Below are positions 11,440 through 23,800 of a DNA stretch of 64,000 nt, piece by piece. The stretch's first letter is position 1; each line of letters opens with the position of its first letter. The stretch covers positions 28,401,145 to 28,465,144 of the forward strand of contig OZ316891.1 of NCBI GenBank assembly GCA_973895155.1, written 5' to 3'. The notes under the pieces were generated by a model. The model had not been told where the DNA came from, did no database searches, and was given only the letters and a program-made list of their open reading frames with translations. Position numbers and translations under genes: made by a program. This stretch comes from Marsupella aquatica (lineage: Eukaryota > Plantae > Marchantiophyta).

Positions 11440-14400
11440 GAGCGTCCAATGCTCCCAACCAAACCTGCTATGCGTAGCCTTCCGTTTGGTGGAGGAAACC
11501 CTTTGAGTAATCAGCTTGGGACAGCAGAACGTCCGCTATCCTCCCCACAATGCAAAACAGAGCAGCACCGATCCTCTCCCACTGCAATGCACCTCAATCG
11601 ACCAACTCTTCGCCCCACAGCTAGCGCCTACGACCAAATTGTCTCCTAGCACAGCTTCGCAGCGCAGCGCAGCTTGACAGCGCAGCTTCATTGGTCTCCA
11701 TGCAATCCGCTGCCCTCCCAACACGCACCTGCTGAATCAATAATAAACTCTACCTAAACCTGTAGCCAACAAAATGGAGTGCTTCGCATTTCAGACGAAG
11801 CGATGCTCTCCTCACAACAGAGCTTGGTCTCGCAGCACTTTGGCGAACAGCACAACGCAGGGCAGGTTCAATGTAGAGCAAGGGCTTGTAGCTCTCAACG
11901 CAGCGTCGACATTTTGGATGCAATGGGGCCTGATTTTCTGGATGGGAAGTCCTGGAGCTCACTGCCCATTAGCATCCCAACGGGCCTTGAAGGCCGAAGG
12001 GGGAGTTCTGCTTCCCCTTTCCCATCGTCAATTTTCCCGGGTCCCATCCACGTAAGCTGTCAGAAATCTGTGCAGCCCGGGTTTTACACGCGAAACCCGT
12101 TCCAACTTCCTTTTGGGGTCCCACTGGGCAATTTTTGACTTTCTGGGTCTGGTCTAGTCGACAATTTTCCATGGAGGTCCCACCAAGCAAATCTCTCCAA
12201 GAGACGATAAAGAATGCAGAATCGGAGATTGATAATGTATTGGGTGGGAGGAAACCAACCTTGGAAGACCTGAAACAGCTTCAGTAAGAGCCTTTTCCTC
12301 ATTCTTTTTAGATATCAGACGGATTGTCTCCTCCTCAAAAGACTTGTTGGACTATTCTTGGACTTCGTGAATATATTGGGGATGAAAGTGAAGGATTATT
12401 TAAGTAATTCTCATTTGTTCAGTTTTGAATATATTTGCAATTAAGTCCACATTTTAATCTCCCCAAGCTTGCAATTGCTATTTAAATCCAAGAGATTCTT
12501 GAATACATAATTATGTCGATGCTCCTTGTCTAGTATCCTATTCGAATGTGAAATGATACGCCTTTAATATAAAACACAATGCTGACCGTCTAAGTTCTCT
12601 TTTGTGTTGTGATTGCGATCTAGGTACATAAGGCTCATTGTTGCCGAGTCGCTGCGTTTGTACCCTCAACCACCATTGCTCATTAGAAGCTAGGGCACTC
12701 GAACTCGAAACTATTAATTCCTGGTGAGTCCGATGTAGAGAAATTTTAATTCTTTAATGAACTTTAGTTTACTTCTAGGTGATGGCACTCTTTTTGCTAT
12801 GTGCATACTGTGGAGCTGTTGCATTAAATGGATGTGCAGGTAGAGATGGTTTGCAGTGGTGTACTGTCATGATCGTCACCTTAAACTGATTGGTGTTTGA
12901 AAGTATGCTGACCACTCCCTTTGTAATGAAACAGGTGGTTACAATGGCGATCCTACTGGGTATCCACTTCCCAAACGAGCAGGTGTATTCATTTCCGTAG
13001 GTTTCATTTACAAATAATTTGTTTGTCCATCTTGATGGTCAGTTGAGAGACTGCACTACCAGTATTCGTAGGACACTTAACCGGAGGAGAGAATTCGGTT
13101 TGTACTTATGAAATCATACCTGATCTTCGTTTTGGTCAGGTTTACGTACAATATTCACCGGTCTCCATATTTCTGGAATGAGCCTGAGAAGTTAAACCCA
13201 GAGAGGGTTTTTGGAGCCCAAGCGTAGTGAGATTGATGGGTGGGCAGGATATGATCCCGCCCGCAGCCTAGGTGCATTTTATCGTAATGAGGTGAGTGCG
13301 GCGTGTAAGAGAACTTCTATCCTGAACTTGGAGGTCGTTTAAGTGAGACTGCCATGTGGGTGTTTTGGTATCTCGCACGCTCTTCCACAGATTATTCCTG
13401 GTGAAGGAGCGGGATCCTACAGGGGATCTAGTGAGAAGCGAGTAGGCACACAAACAACAAAAGTACGGCCCAAAAAACGCCAAGGAATCCACAGGCACCC
13501 GCGTTGGTAGCAGCAAAAGCACATTAGTATCTGGGCACACTGAAAGCTCCTAGACACCCCCAATGGGAAAAGCGAGATGGAAGAGACCTTTCCAAGTTGG
13601 GCTCAACTCGAGGGGCAATAAGTGGGAGTGAGTGAATTAAATTGGGGGTGGGGAGCACAGGAGGGATTGTGAGTATTAGCTGCAGTGCGTGTCACTATGT
13701 CTAAGGAAGCAGCTGAGAAACTAGATACTCCTCACACTATGTGAGGTTTCCTGGTCCATGGTTTTACTAGAAAATGAACCAGGGCGAATCAAAATAAACA
13801 AAGATTCATAAATTACGTAGTCCACTCGGACCGTAACCAACTTATTCAATTGCACTTACTACCACTTCCAACGGAGGCAGATCCTTCCCGCCATTTCATA
13901 AACGGACGAACACAAAAAGGCTAGGAACTGCATTGAGTATTATAGTGTTAGAGACGACAGTACTGGTAGATACTCATATTAGTGAATCTATTTTTCACCG
14001 GATAGACCTCACTCTTGCCACCACCATGCAGCCAGGAGAGCTTGGCAGCGTTCCTTTGCCTAAACGTCGTCTCCTATCAAGTTATCAAGTTGTAGTTCGA
14101 CATCAACCAGTTTCGCACTAAACCTGGCGGAGGACGCATTTACATGCACTCTTCCTTTTACATGCCCTTATCACATTTTCAAACATTTACTTATGTACTT
14201 GCGCGGTCTCCAATAGTTTCTGAGACTTCTGATAATTAAAATATATCAGCATAAAAGTTGCATGCATGTAGCTTTCAGATAGAAATAGTATATCACTATT
14301 TACATATTTGCACGCTTATTTTTCCTTATCCAGTCAATGAATTGATACAAATCATATAAATCCAGCCAATAAAAATTAATAAATCACGTAAATCACACCC

Positions 14401-14464
14401 TCCTATTCCGTAGTGCTTACTACAGGGCAATTAAGAGATCCCAACCAGAACAGCTCTGATACAA

Positions 14465-14684
14465 TGTTAGAATTGCCACAATAGAATTGAGATAAAGTGA
14501 ACCGCATAAACCAGGTTCTTATACATGATTCCTATAGCCCAGGTGATCGACTGGCAGCGGGGAGCTAATGCCCTCACAATTCCGTGGTTCAAGTGCGGCT
14601 AATTCTGTCCATTCCATCGTTCAAGGGCGGCAAATTCTGTCCCATCTAAATATCAGAAGTAGACCCAACGGGTCAGTTCCAACA
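14465..14684 (-). mobile_element. Short LTR relic (TGTTGG...CTAACA) followed by a degenerate tRNA-iMet PBS, overlapping the 3' end of RING copy 1
   Basis: On the minus strand: TGTTGG at 14684, CTAACA ending at 14465, then TTGTATCAGAGC (14464-14453). Confidence 0.6.
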
Positions 14685-15213
14685 CCCTATTGAGGTGTTC
14701 AACTTGCAGATTGGCCTGTCCGGCAACACGAGCAGCAATGGCATTGACTTCATCCATAGTGAGGAAGGCGGTGGCCTCCACTTCATCCAAAAATTGGTCT
14801 TCCACTTCGTCCACACCATACCCCGCTTCTCCCCAAAAACTCTCCGCTTCTTCTAATTCATTAATCACGTACTCCACTTCAATTTGGCCCAGATGGTTGG
14901 CCACCACTTGGGGAGGACCAGCTTTGTAGCCATTTCTGTAAGGCTGTTGGCAGATCTCACACAAAGTATTTATTTTTGTGTGGCACCAATCCTGGAGACA
15001 TTTTTGATGGACGTACTTGATCGAACCGAAGCAAGAGCATGGACTGTCAAGGTTTCTGAGCTCGTCCTCGTCGTGACAAATTCGGCAAGTGGCAAAGACG
15101 CCTGTCTCCGTAGTGCTCGCTTCACTAGAACTATCGACCCTAGTTCCATTGCGCCCCAATGAATTGTCTGACAGCAGCTGGGAAGCCGATGGAATGTCGT
15201 TCGAACTGTCCAT
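14653..15213 (-). CDS. Intronless RING-CH (RINGv/MARCH-type) zinc-finger protein, copy 1
   Basis: CRICHDEDELRNLDSPCSCFGSIKYVHQKCLQDWCHTKINTLCEICQQPY (C4HC3). First true ATG at 15213; acidic C-terminus; no TM helices. Confidence 0.85.
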   Translation of the reverse strand: MDSSNDIPSASQLLSDNSLGRNGTRVDSSSEASTTETGVFATCRICHDEDELRNLDSPCSCFGSIKYVHQKCLQDWCHTKINTLCEICQQPYRNGYKAGPPQVVANHLGQIEVEYVINELEEAESFWGEAGYGVDEVEDQFLDEVEATAFLTMDEVNAIAARVAGQANLQVEHLNRVLELTRWVYF

Positions 15214-15420
15214 GTTTCCCACGTACTTCGTACTTCGTGGAAGAGAGTAGCTTGTCCTACGGGAGAGAAGGTAGTTGTCAGAGTGTGTGTCCGTTCTGAG
15301 CAAAGTCGTTCGTAGGCTTGGCACTCAAATCTTCAGAAGAGCTAATTTGGAGGAGCAAGAGAAGCAGCAACGCCAAAATGTGTTTGCACAAGTATGCCAG
15401 GAGTAGGGCCTCCACATACT

Positions 15421-15600
15421 CTTAAATGCTGCCCAATCGCCCTACTTGTCAATAGTCAATACAACCTAGATTCTGCACTCCACGTACTCGTTGCTCAATC
15501 GCCCTACTTGTCAATAGTCAATACTACCTAGATTTTGCACTCCACGTACTCGTAAATGCTGCTCAATCACGCACCCTAGTTGTCAATAGTCAGTGCTATC
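15421..15600 (-). promoter_or_regulatory. Three tandem promoter units containing TGACTATTGACAA (W-box-like) upstream of RING copy 1
   Basis: TTGTCAATAGTCA seen three times on the plus strand. The same unit occurs upstream of other RING copies (~15925-15945, 50355-50465, 57055-57145). Confidence 0.5.
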
Positions 15601-16177
15601 TACTCACTTCAGCCTCCTGCTGTAGCTAGCTAGTAGTTGCATGTTCGTCTATTTCACTCATCCAAAAGGAGCCATCCATTGGGTACACTAATGAAACGGC
15701 AGGCCTGAAATTTCAGTGTGAACGTACCTGAGTGCAAATGTAAGGTTTGCTTGATTGAACTGTGCCCAAAATGTCATTAGACACTCAATAATTAACATTC
15801 TGGAACGGAAGAGCCAACCGGTACTAAAGCCCAGACAATTTTTAATTATATTTAAAAAAAAAGAAATTTTAGAATGTCCTTATCTTGGCTTCGTCCTTGA
15901 AGTAGTTGACTGGCTAGCTATATAGCACTGACTATTGACAAGTAGGGGATTGAGTAGCATTTAAGTGTAGCAGGAAGGACCTATTCCTGGAATGCTAGTG
16001 CAAACAAATTTTTGCGTTGCTTGTTCTTTGGCTCTAAAACAACTATCTTGCTCCTCCAGAAATTTCTGAAGATTTTGAGAGTCCTTTCTACAAACAACTC
16101 TGCTCAGAACGGAGATACTCTGACCACTACCGCGTAGGACAAGCTACAGACTCTCGATCATAGACGAGTTGTGGAAC

Positions 16178-16592
16178 ATGGATAGTTCAAACGATAGTCT
16201 ATCCGCTTCTCGGCTCTCTGACAATTCATTGGGGCGATATGGAACTAGGGCTGATAGTTCTAGTGGAAAGTGCACTGCGGAGGCAGCTGTCTTTGTGACT
16301 TGCCGAATTTTGTAGCAATGAGGACAAGCTCAAAAACCTCGATAGTCCATGATCTTGCTGTGGTACGATTAAGTAGGTCCATCGAAAATATCTCCAGGAT
16401 TAGTGCAATGTGACAGTAAATGCTATCTGCGAGATCTGCCAGCAGCCTTACAAAGCTTGTAATCCATCTCTTCTTGAGCTGGAGGCCAAGCTTGCCAAGC
16501 TTGACACCCAAATTGCCAATTTCTTGGCCGAACTGCGGGAGGTCTCGCGATTCCGCACTACGGCTCAACTGGACGCTGGCTATGCCGGCTAA
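16178..16592 (+). pseudogene. RING-CH pseudogene, copy 2 (coiled-coil-type C-terminus)
   Basis: ATGGATAGTTCAAACG start homologous to copy 1. Stops and frameshifts in the RING; residual ICEICQQPY followed by LLELEAKLAKLDTQIANFLAEL. Confidence 0.85.
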
Positions 16593-19489
16593 TGGTGCCC
16601 TACTACAAGCGAATACTGTCCAACTGGTAGCTGATCTGCAAGCTGAAATTGAAAGCCTAAGATCGAGGCACTGAAGGTCAAATGATCTAATATGTGGTTC
16701 CTAATTAAAGCCATTGTGGGAGGCAACCACTGGAGGAGTTAATTTCTTTTCAGGGCTGAATTGAAATCGAACTGGATCAGTGAGGAGCAATCAGGTAGAG
16801 TACGTGCTATGAAATGAAACTGAGTTAGAGGCACTAGCTAACTGATGCCCACTAGTAGAAATATGTGACTTTGGAAGCCAATTAATGTGTGGAGGACACA
16901 ATAGGGTGTCCATGTATATATCGTAGACATTAGGACCCAGCCTGCCAGGGACATTTTCAGATACAAATGTTGTAAGTTTAGCTTTATATATCAAGAAAAA
17001 TTAAAGACCGGAGGCTTGTTGCTCGATAAGACAAATTAAGTTGTGTGCACAGATTTTTCGTTTTATGTACTAAGTAGGGTTTTCCGCTTGGTTCGTACTT
17101 TTCTGCATGGAAACCTCTTATTTGTTTTGAATTCCATTACTGGCCGTTTTGCAAGGTCTTTACGGACCCCATTAGAGGTTCCTTCCAAAATTCCTGGCAC
17201 CATAGAGTGCCACGTCAGCAACAGCCGCAACAAACAAGAATGGTCATGTTTGCGCAACGAATAAACTCCTCTCCATCTTGTTTACGTCGCTTTTCGTGTA
17301 ATTTTATGGACGCCATGCCGTCAAAACATAATGTAAAAGTAATTAAAAGTTCATCCAAATCTATTGATACAAAGGGCGAGATTAAAAACATTCACCCATA
17401 TTCTCTTTACTTAAATTTATAAATGTTTTTTTATAAAAGTAAATAGTGTTCAACGTAAACAGTAACCGTATTCCTGTGTAACTGCCGAAATAAAACCGTC
17501 AGAACAAAAGAAGCACATCAACATTTCGAAAGGGAGGAAGGCTTTTGATGAAAGTAATGAAAAGAGGAAAGCTCGAAAGGAGTTTCGCCTCTTGAAGTGC
17601 AAAGTAAAGAGGAATGTTGGAGAAACAAAATCAAAAAAGATCAGAAGCCGAATGAAGAAAGGAAAAATGAGAACTGATCGAGGACAGAAAAGAGGCGCAG
17701 CACATCTTAATCAGAAACAAATAGATCGAGCAGAAAGAAGGAGAAGCAAAGAGAATCGATAAGGACATTGACAAGATCGATAAGGACTGATCGACCTCAA
17801 CTACTCTAGCAGATCACTGAAGCTCAACGTAGTAGTCCACTAATCGAATAAAAACAGGTGGGGGTCCACGAACTAATTCGACTTTGATTATAGAGATTGT
17901 TTAGCCCCCTTTAAATCAGATGATGTTGCTATGTTTTCCTGGTGAAACACTGAGTGTGCCAAAAATGCATAAATCCGAAAGTTCCCTCCAGGCTCAGCAC
18001 AGGTGAGATCCCATCGATCAGATGAAGATATATACTGACTGTTAATGTTAATTTATGTGTATGTTGACTGCATGTTCCAAGCCCAAATCAAACTTACTGA
18101 TATAGATATTAGCATTAGACTTACATAGGATATTTATTAAAATTGAGTCGTTGAAAGAGTGACTGGTCTCGATCTGCAAGGCGTCACTTTAGTGTGCAGT
18201 TGGATTGATTATGTGGGTATAAGGAGATGACGGTCTTTCAACATTGTACTGGATGCTCTTATCCAAACTACAAAATTTTCATGGCTAACAACAAGTGATT
18301 AGAGATACAGTATGCTCGCCCTGGAACATGCTTGATTTTTGTGTCTTGTACTGATATAAAAGTGGATAACATACTAAAGTAGAAATAGACTAAATTAAGT
18401 GTGACTGGGATAGAAGAAAATAAGTAGAGCACATGCAAAGAAAAACACATAATTAGTAAGTGACCAATGAAAAGTACAGTAAAACTCTATGAGAAACAGG
18501 TCCCTTGATCTATGCACTTATTCATTAAATGCATGTGATTGTCTTATTAATGACACTCAATTCAATAAGAACCATAAACTTAGTAGAGAAAGTCAGGTCT
18601 CATAAACTTAGGGAGAAAGTATGGACCAGTTTTTTTTGTATGGCAAGGATCTACATTTTTATACGGACTAAAAAGTTGGCTATATGAATAATTCAAAATT
18701 TGAAAAAACCTGGGTTTTTCACTTTTAAAAATATTTCTAAAGGTCATAGAAAAGGTTGTGTTCTTTTTTTTTACATATTTAAGATTAAAAAATATTCTTG
18801 AATTTTTTTTAATTTTAATTAATGGTGGTTTCATTTCCACAAAAATGACACAAAACGTGCGACGAATGATAGGGTCATTTTATTGGTACAAAGAATATTC
18901 TATCTTTAGAGGGGTTAAAAATTTTGATTTTTTACATTTGAGGGGGTCCAAGGCCTAAAAACTTCACATGTGATGGGAGAGACATCCATATAGTGAGACC
19001 CTTCGGCCTGGAATAAAAAAAATGTGCTGTAAACCTGGGTTCCTCACTTCTTTTCTTCCAACCCATCACGCGCAGATAAATATAGGGTTTTTTTATTGGG
19101 TTTAGTGAAAGACTTTAAAATTTTTGTTGACTAACATTATGGTTGTTTTAATCCGGTTTTGAAAATTATAAGAATTAGAGGGTTTTCTAAAACCAAATTT
19201 GAAAACATTCCAAGAATATTCTATTAAGTTAGTGGTTAAAAGTTACTCAAAAAAACTTTATTGACTTAAATTTTAGGGTGTTTATTCTGCCAAAACTTTG
19301 AGCCTGATATGAGACATGCCTTGGATTGAGGCCCCTGAGCTATAAAAAGGGGATTTGCATTGTCGAGTCTCAATTATTACGTCCTAAGCTTGTCCAAGCT
19401 TGATCATGTTCAGTCCCCTTCACAACTTGTTGATAACGTACATAGGACCGTCACAATTGTAGCGGTATTCACTAATTTTTACTCACTAA

Positions 19490-20850
19490 CTAGCTCAATA
19501 CCCGTGCGTTGCACAAAAGATGTCGTCACGGCCAAGATGTCATTGAGAACAAAAGAGATCATGTCGGCCAAGAGGTTGTTGAGAAGAAAGATGTCGTGTT
19601 GCCCAAGATGTTGTTGAGAACAAAAGATGTCATGTCGGCCAAAATGTTGGTGATAACAAAAGATGTCATGTCGGCCAAGAGGTCGTTCAGAACAAAAGAT
19701 GTCGTGTCGACCAAGATGTCATGTCGGCCATGAATTGGTTGAGAAAAAAGATGTCGTGTCGACCAAGAGATTGTTGAGAAAAAATGTTGTATTAGCCAAG
19801 AGGTGATTGAGAAAATTGATGTTGTGTCGGCCAAGATCTCATTGATAAAAAAGACGGTGTATTGGCCAAGAAGTCATTGAGACAAAGGATGTCGTGTTGG
19901 CAAAGAAGTCATTGAGAAAAACTATGTCATGTTGGCCAAGACGTTGTTGAGAGAAAAGATGTTGTGTCGGGCAAGATGTCACTAAGAAAAAAGATGTTGT
20001 GTCGGGCAAGACATCACTAAGAAAAAAGATGTTGTGTCGGGCAAGACGTCACTAAGAAAAAAGATGTTGTGTCGGCCAAGACGTCATTGAGAAAACAGAT
20101 GTTGTGTTGGCCAAGACGTCGTTGAGGAAAAATACCCGTGCATTGCACAAAAGATTTTGTGTCGCCCAAAATGTAAAAGATGTCATTATGTGAAAGATGG
20201 CGTTAAGAAAAAGTTGTCATTTTGCCAAACTAAGTTATTGTGAAGTAAATGATGTTATAAGTAAAAAGGTGTTGTTTCACCCAATATGTCCTTAATATGT
20301 GAAAGATAGTTCAATACCCATGCGTTGCACAAAAGATGTTTTTAAGAAAAAATATGTTGTTTCGCCAAAGATGTTGTCAACAAAAAACGTGTCATGTTGC
20401 CAAAGATTTCGTTAAGAAAAAATATGTTGTGTTGCCAAAGATTTCGTTAAGAAAAAAGATGTCATGTTGCCAAAGACGTCATTAAGAAAAAAGATGTCAT
20501 GTTGCCAAAGATGTCGTTAATATGTGAAAGATGTTGTGAAGTAAGAAGATGTCATTAAGAACTATGATGTCGTGTTGCCAAAGGTGTCATGAAGAAAAAA
20601 TATTCTTATGTGAAAAATGTAGTGAAGTAAAAAGATGTCGATGCGCCAAAGATGTCTTTATGTCTAAGATGTCGTCAGGTAAAAGATGATGTTTCACCAA
20701 AGATGTTATTAAGTATTGTTTGTTAAGTACAAAATGGTCGATAAGTAAAGGATGTCGTTAGACAAAGATGTAAGTTGTGAAGTAAAAGATGTTCTTAAGT
20801 ACAATTGAAAATATTGCTAGTAAACCATGTTAAGTTAAGTAAAAAAGTTG
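19490..20850 (-). repeat. 35-bp minisatellite array (AAGAAAAAAGATGTTGTGTCGGCCAAGACGTCATT-type) carrying Helitron-like 3' termini
   Basis: Period 35 (e.g. ACTAAGAAAA at 19981, 20016, 20051). The minus strand at 19514-19489 reads GTGCAACGCACGGGTATTGAGCTAG-T, a Helitron 3' hairpin plus CTAG. Copies of the hairpin recur at ~20132 and ~20313. Confidence 0.75.
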
Positions 20851-23800
20851 TTAAGTTGTTGCCACTTTTTTGCCACCCCTTGCATCCTGAAGCCCCATTG
20901 ATAACCCCAAAGTTTTTGTTACATATTAAGCTTTTTGCTGAAAGTTACTATCATTGGCCACTTACTTAAAACTTCTTACTTAAAGTCGCCGCAATAGCTT
21001 AATTGGCGTTGTGTGCCCCGATGTCGAGACCCCTTAGGGTAACGACGCTGCTTGGTTGACTTTTCAATGGCCCTTTCCCTGCACTTGCATATATCTTGGA
21101 ACCTCATCGGTAACCCCAATTTTTTGGTTACTTTAAGCTTAGTTTGATTAAAGTTGTCTACAACCGCTTTCTTGGCTTTGGCCGCCCCAACGCCAATTCC
21201 CCTTGAGGCAACGACACGACTCAGCCCACTTTTCAACAAAACAATTTGCCTACCCCTTGCATGGAACCCCTTTGGTAACCTCATCCAAGTTTACTCGGCT
21301 CCTTAGTCGCCAATACCATGCCCCCTTGGGATAGTGGTGTGGTTTGCAACACTTTCCAATATTGGAGGACCTGCCACCCCCATACCAACTTTGGTCCAGA
21401 TATTTTGGCCCCCACCCCATGCCTCTTCCAGTGGTAAACAAAGTGGCAAGACATAACAACAACTGAGGGGTTGTTGGGGAGTTGGAACCCGGGGCAAGAT
21501 TGAGTTAGGGTTGGAGATGGGACTTTGGGGTCCCGGGTTTAAAACATTAATTTTTTGTTTTTAGCCAATGTGGCAAATGTCAGCCTCTCAAAGGTAGGAG
21601 ATGCTAGGAGTATTCTTCCACAATTTTTCTTGAATTATATCCTATTCGTCAGATATCCCTAGATTTACATATAACCGTTAGATTTTGGCAAATGAGGTCC
21701 ATGATTTGGTGGGAGAGTGGCCAATGGTATGCAAAAAATCTAGCAAGTTTTTGGCAAAAGTGGCGGAAAAAGTGGTGAACACATTTGGGGAGGTAGAATT
21801 TGGCAAAAGCTTCCACCAAAAAAATACGAGGTATATGCTTGATGGGCCCTCTACGGAACCTTTTCTTACCTGATGGGCCCCCTCTTAATGATTTGTACTC
21901 ACTGTTCTTGTGAGGGCCAAACTCTGCAGTTTACCACAACGTAACTTAACGTTGTACACTGCGTGGTCGCGTCCAGTCCTCCGTGGTCCGCGCCGTAGTT
22001 ACCATGATCCCAACTAAGTGTCCAACGCAGTCAACACCACGGTTGTAAATACGGTGTGGGCGGGTTTACATTTGAATACATATTATATTATGTATTTGGT
22101 TGTTTTGGGGGGTTTAGGGTTCCCTACCGCTAAACCCCAACAATCGTTGGTCTATGTTGTTTGGAGAGAAGAGAAGCTCTCGGGTTTTGTTGATCTGTTG
22201 GCCATGCTCGGGCGGGTGCTCGGGTTCAATCGATGCTCGACTTTTGTGGATGTCGCTGCTTGTTGATGATCGGGTTTGTTGATGATTGGGTTTGTTGATG
22301 GTCGGGTTCGGTAGGAGAAGACTGTTGCAGCACGTTGCATTTTTTGTTGGGAGCATGGGCATAAGCAAAGCGCGGGGTCCAATCTGGTTGCAGAGCAGCA
22401 GCCACTAAATGCGACATTCCCCACCTGGACGACGTTCCCCACCTCTCAAACTGGCTACCCAATGTGTTTGTAATTTTTGTCTTGTTGCATTGAGTCAATC
22501 TAATTGCCGATGGTCCAAACATTATCATTTCAGAGTACCAGAAATGAATGTAGCCCTGTTTTCACTGGTGATGACTATAGATTGGCCTCTATAAATTATT
22601 TGTGCAAACTTGCATTGCTGTTTGACCCCCTCAGTGCTGTGGCAAAGAACAGCAGCGAGCTGTCAGAACCGCTCTTTGAGGTTTGAGGTTTCGCGAGAGC
22701 CAAATGTGACCCTGTGACTCTGTGAGGTTGCAACCATTCCAACTCCCAGGGGTCCCGTACATGATTCATCGATGCGCGAGAGATTCAAGGGCATTTTGCT
22801 TTGAAGCAACGAGCCAGGCAAGCTGAAGGTTGGACGTTCTCCTATACTTAAGTTTGGCTTGCATTGCTTTATTTTTGGTAGTTGAAGAATAGTTGAAAGA
22901 CGTAGCAGACGAGAATGAACTAATGTCCCGTAGAGAGATCGGTAGTGTTTGTTGGTGGGAGACAAAAGAGGGTTTTGGAAGAGAGGCGGGTGAGGAAGAA
23001 CTGGACTGTTACATTGATCTTAGGCGGCCATCGGGAGGCCAGAAATTCGCGTTACCTCTCGCTGTAGTGTTGGTGCATGATAGTTGCTTCTCGTTGTTCT
23101 CTCTTTTCCTCTCACTCAGTCTTTAAGAGTGCTCTTTCAACCCATCAATTCGTTTGCAACGACAGTCCCCCAGGTTGAATGATTTTGTAAAAGTTCCTGA
23201 ATCTTCGTCTGTCTCCTTCAAGTTGTTCGCAACTAGGTCAAAGCATTTTCTAAAGCTCTCTAAAATAAATTGTAGTTCTACTCGCACTGTCTCGTTTCGT
23301 TTGCTACTAGATTTGGTTTAATCATTAGTCAATTGTTGGCAGAGAATTCTTAGTTTTACAAGCACTCTCTATGCACAGGCATTGCAAACATTCCATGATC
23401 TGCCCCCAGTTTGATGCAAACCAAATTTTTGCAATGACGACTTCTGTAGTTCATGGCTTTTGTAGTTCACTTCACCTCCCGTGCGGGAATCGGGACTCTC
23501 AATTATCATACTCTAAGAAGCGCGCACCTGGAAAATAAAACTTGACGCCTGGTTTCTTCCCTTGTTCCGTGTGATTATCATCATCTCCTAGGTCACTCTT
23601 TGTGTAGGGTGAAGTTTTCTTTGGAGCTTTTGATGCTGCTATATTTCCTGTGTATGTTGGTATGTCTTTTTAATTTCTTGCGTGTCATTCTAGGTGTGGA
23701 GTGGCAGTTGAAGACCACAGACGAGGGTTGGGTGAGATCTTGAGCCCAACCAAGGCTGCTTTGTAGTCTTCACAGTTGCTATGGCGCCACAGGGCACTAA

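Larger units (their letters stand above)
6840..12197 (+). mobile_element. Mutator-like DNA transposon (MULE), 5358 bp
   Basis: ~310-bp TIRs starting GAGAGATTTGCTTGGTGGGACCTCCATGGAAAA (6840-~7150 and ~11864-12197). Perfect 10-bp TSD CAAGAGACGA at 6830-6839 and 12198-12207. Encodes a MULE transposase. Confidence 0.97.
6658..13291 (+). pseudogene. CYP97B: Carotenoid-hydroxylase-family cytochrome P450 (CYP97B-like) pseudogene, 3' exons only, interrupted by a MULE
   Basis: Exon relics translated by hand: 6658-6741 [21 protein letters not shown] (I-helix; Trp to TGA at 6721); 6827-6839 joined to 12208-12283 NQETIKNAESEIDNVLGGRKPTLEDLKQL; 12624-12723 YIRLIVAESLRLYPQPPLLIR (ExxR); ~12935-12997 GYNGDPTGYPLPKRAGVFIS; 13140-13291 NIHRSPYFWNEPEKLNPER/frameshift/IDGWAGYDPARSLGAFYRNE (CYP97B-type insert). 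The haem-binding exon was not found. Confidence 0.9.

Noticed and set aside
13395-13755. ~350-bp segment between TTCCTGGT direct repeats (possible small insertion)
   Set aside because: No clear TIR, poly(A) tail or TG...CA ends consistent with the direct repeat.
18593-19307. Possible MITE with TCAGG...CCTGA ends
   Set aside because: The inverted match is only about 9 bp with a gap, and there is no TSD.
19360-19834. Short ORFs with repetitive peptides
   Set aside because: They are translations of the 35-bp minisatellite.
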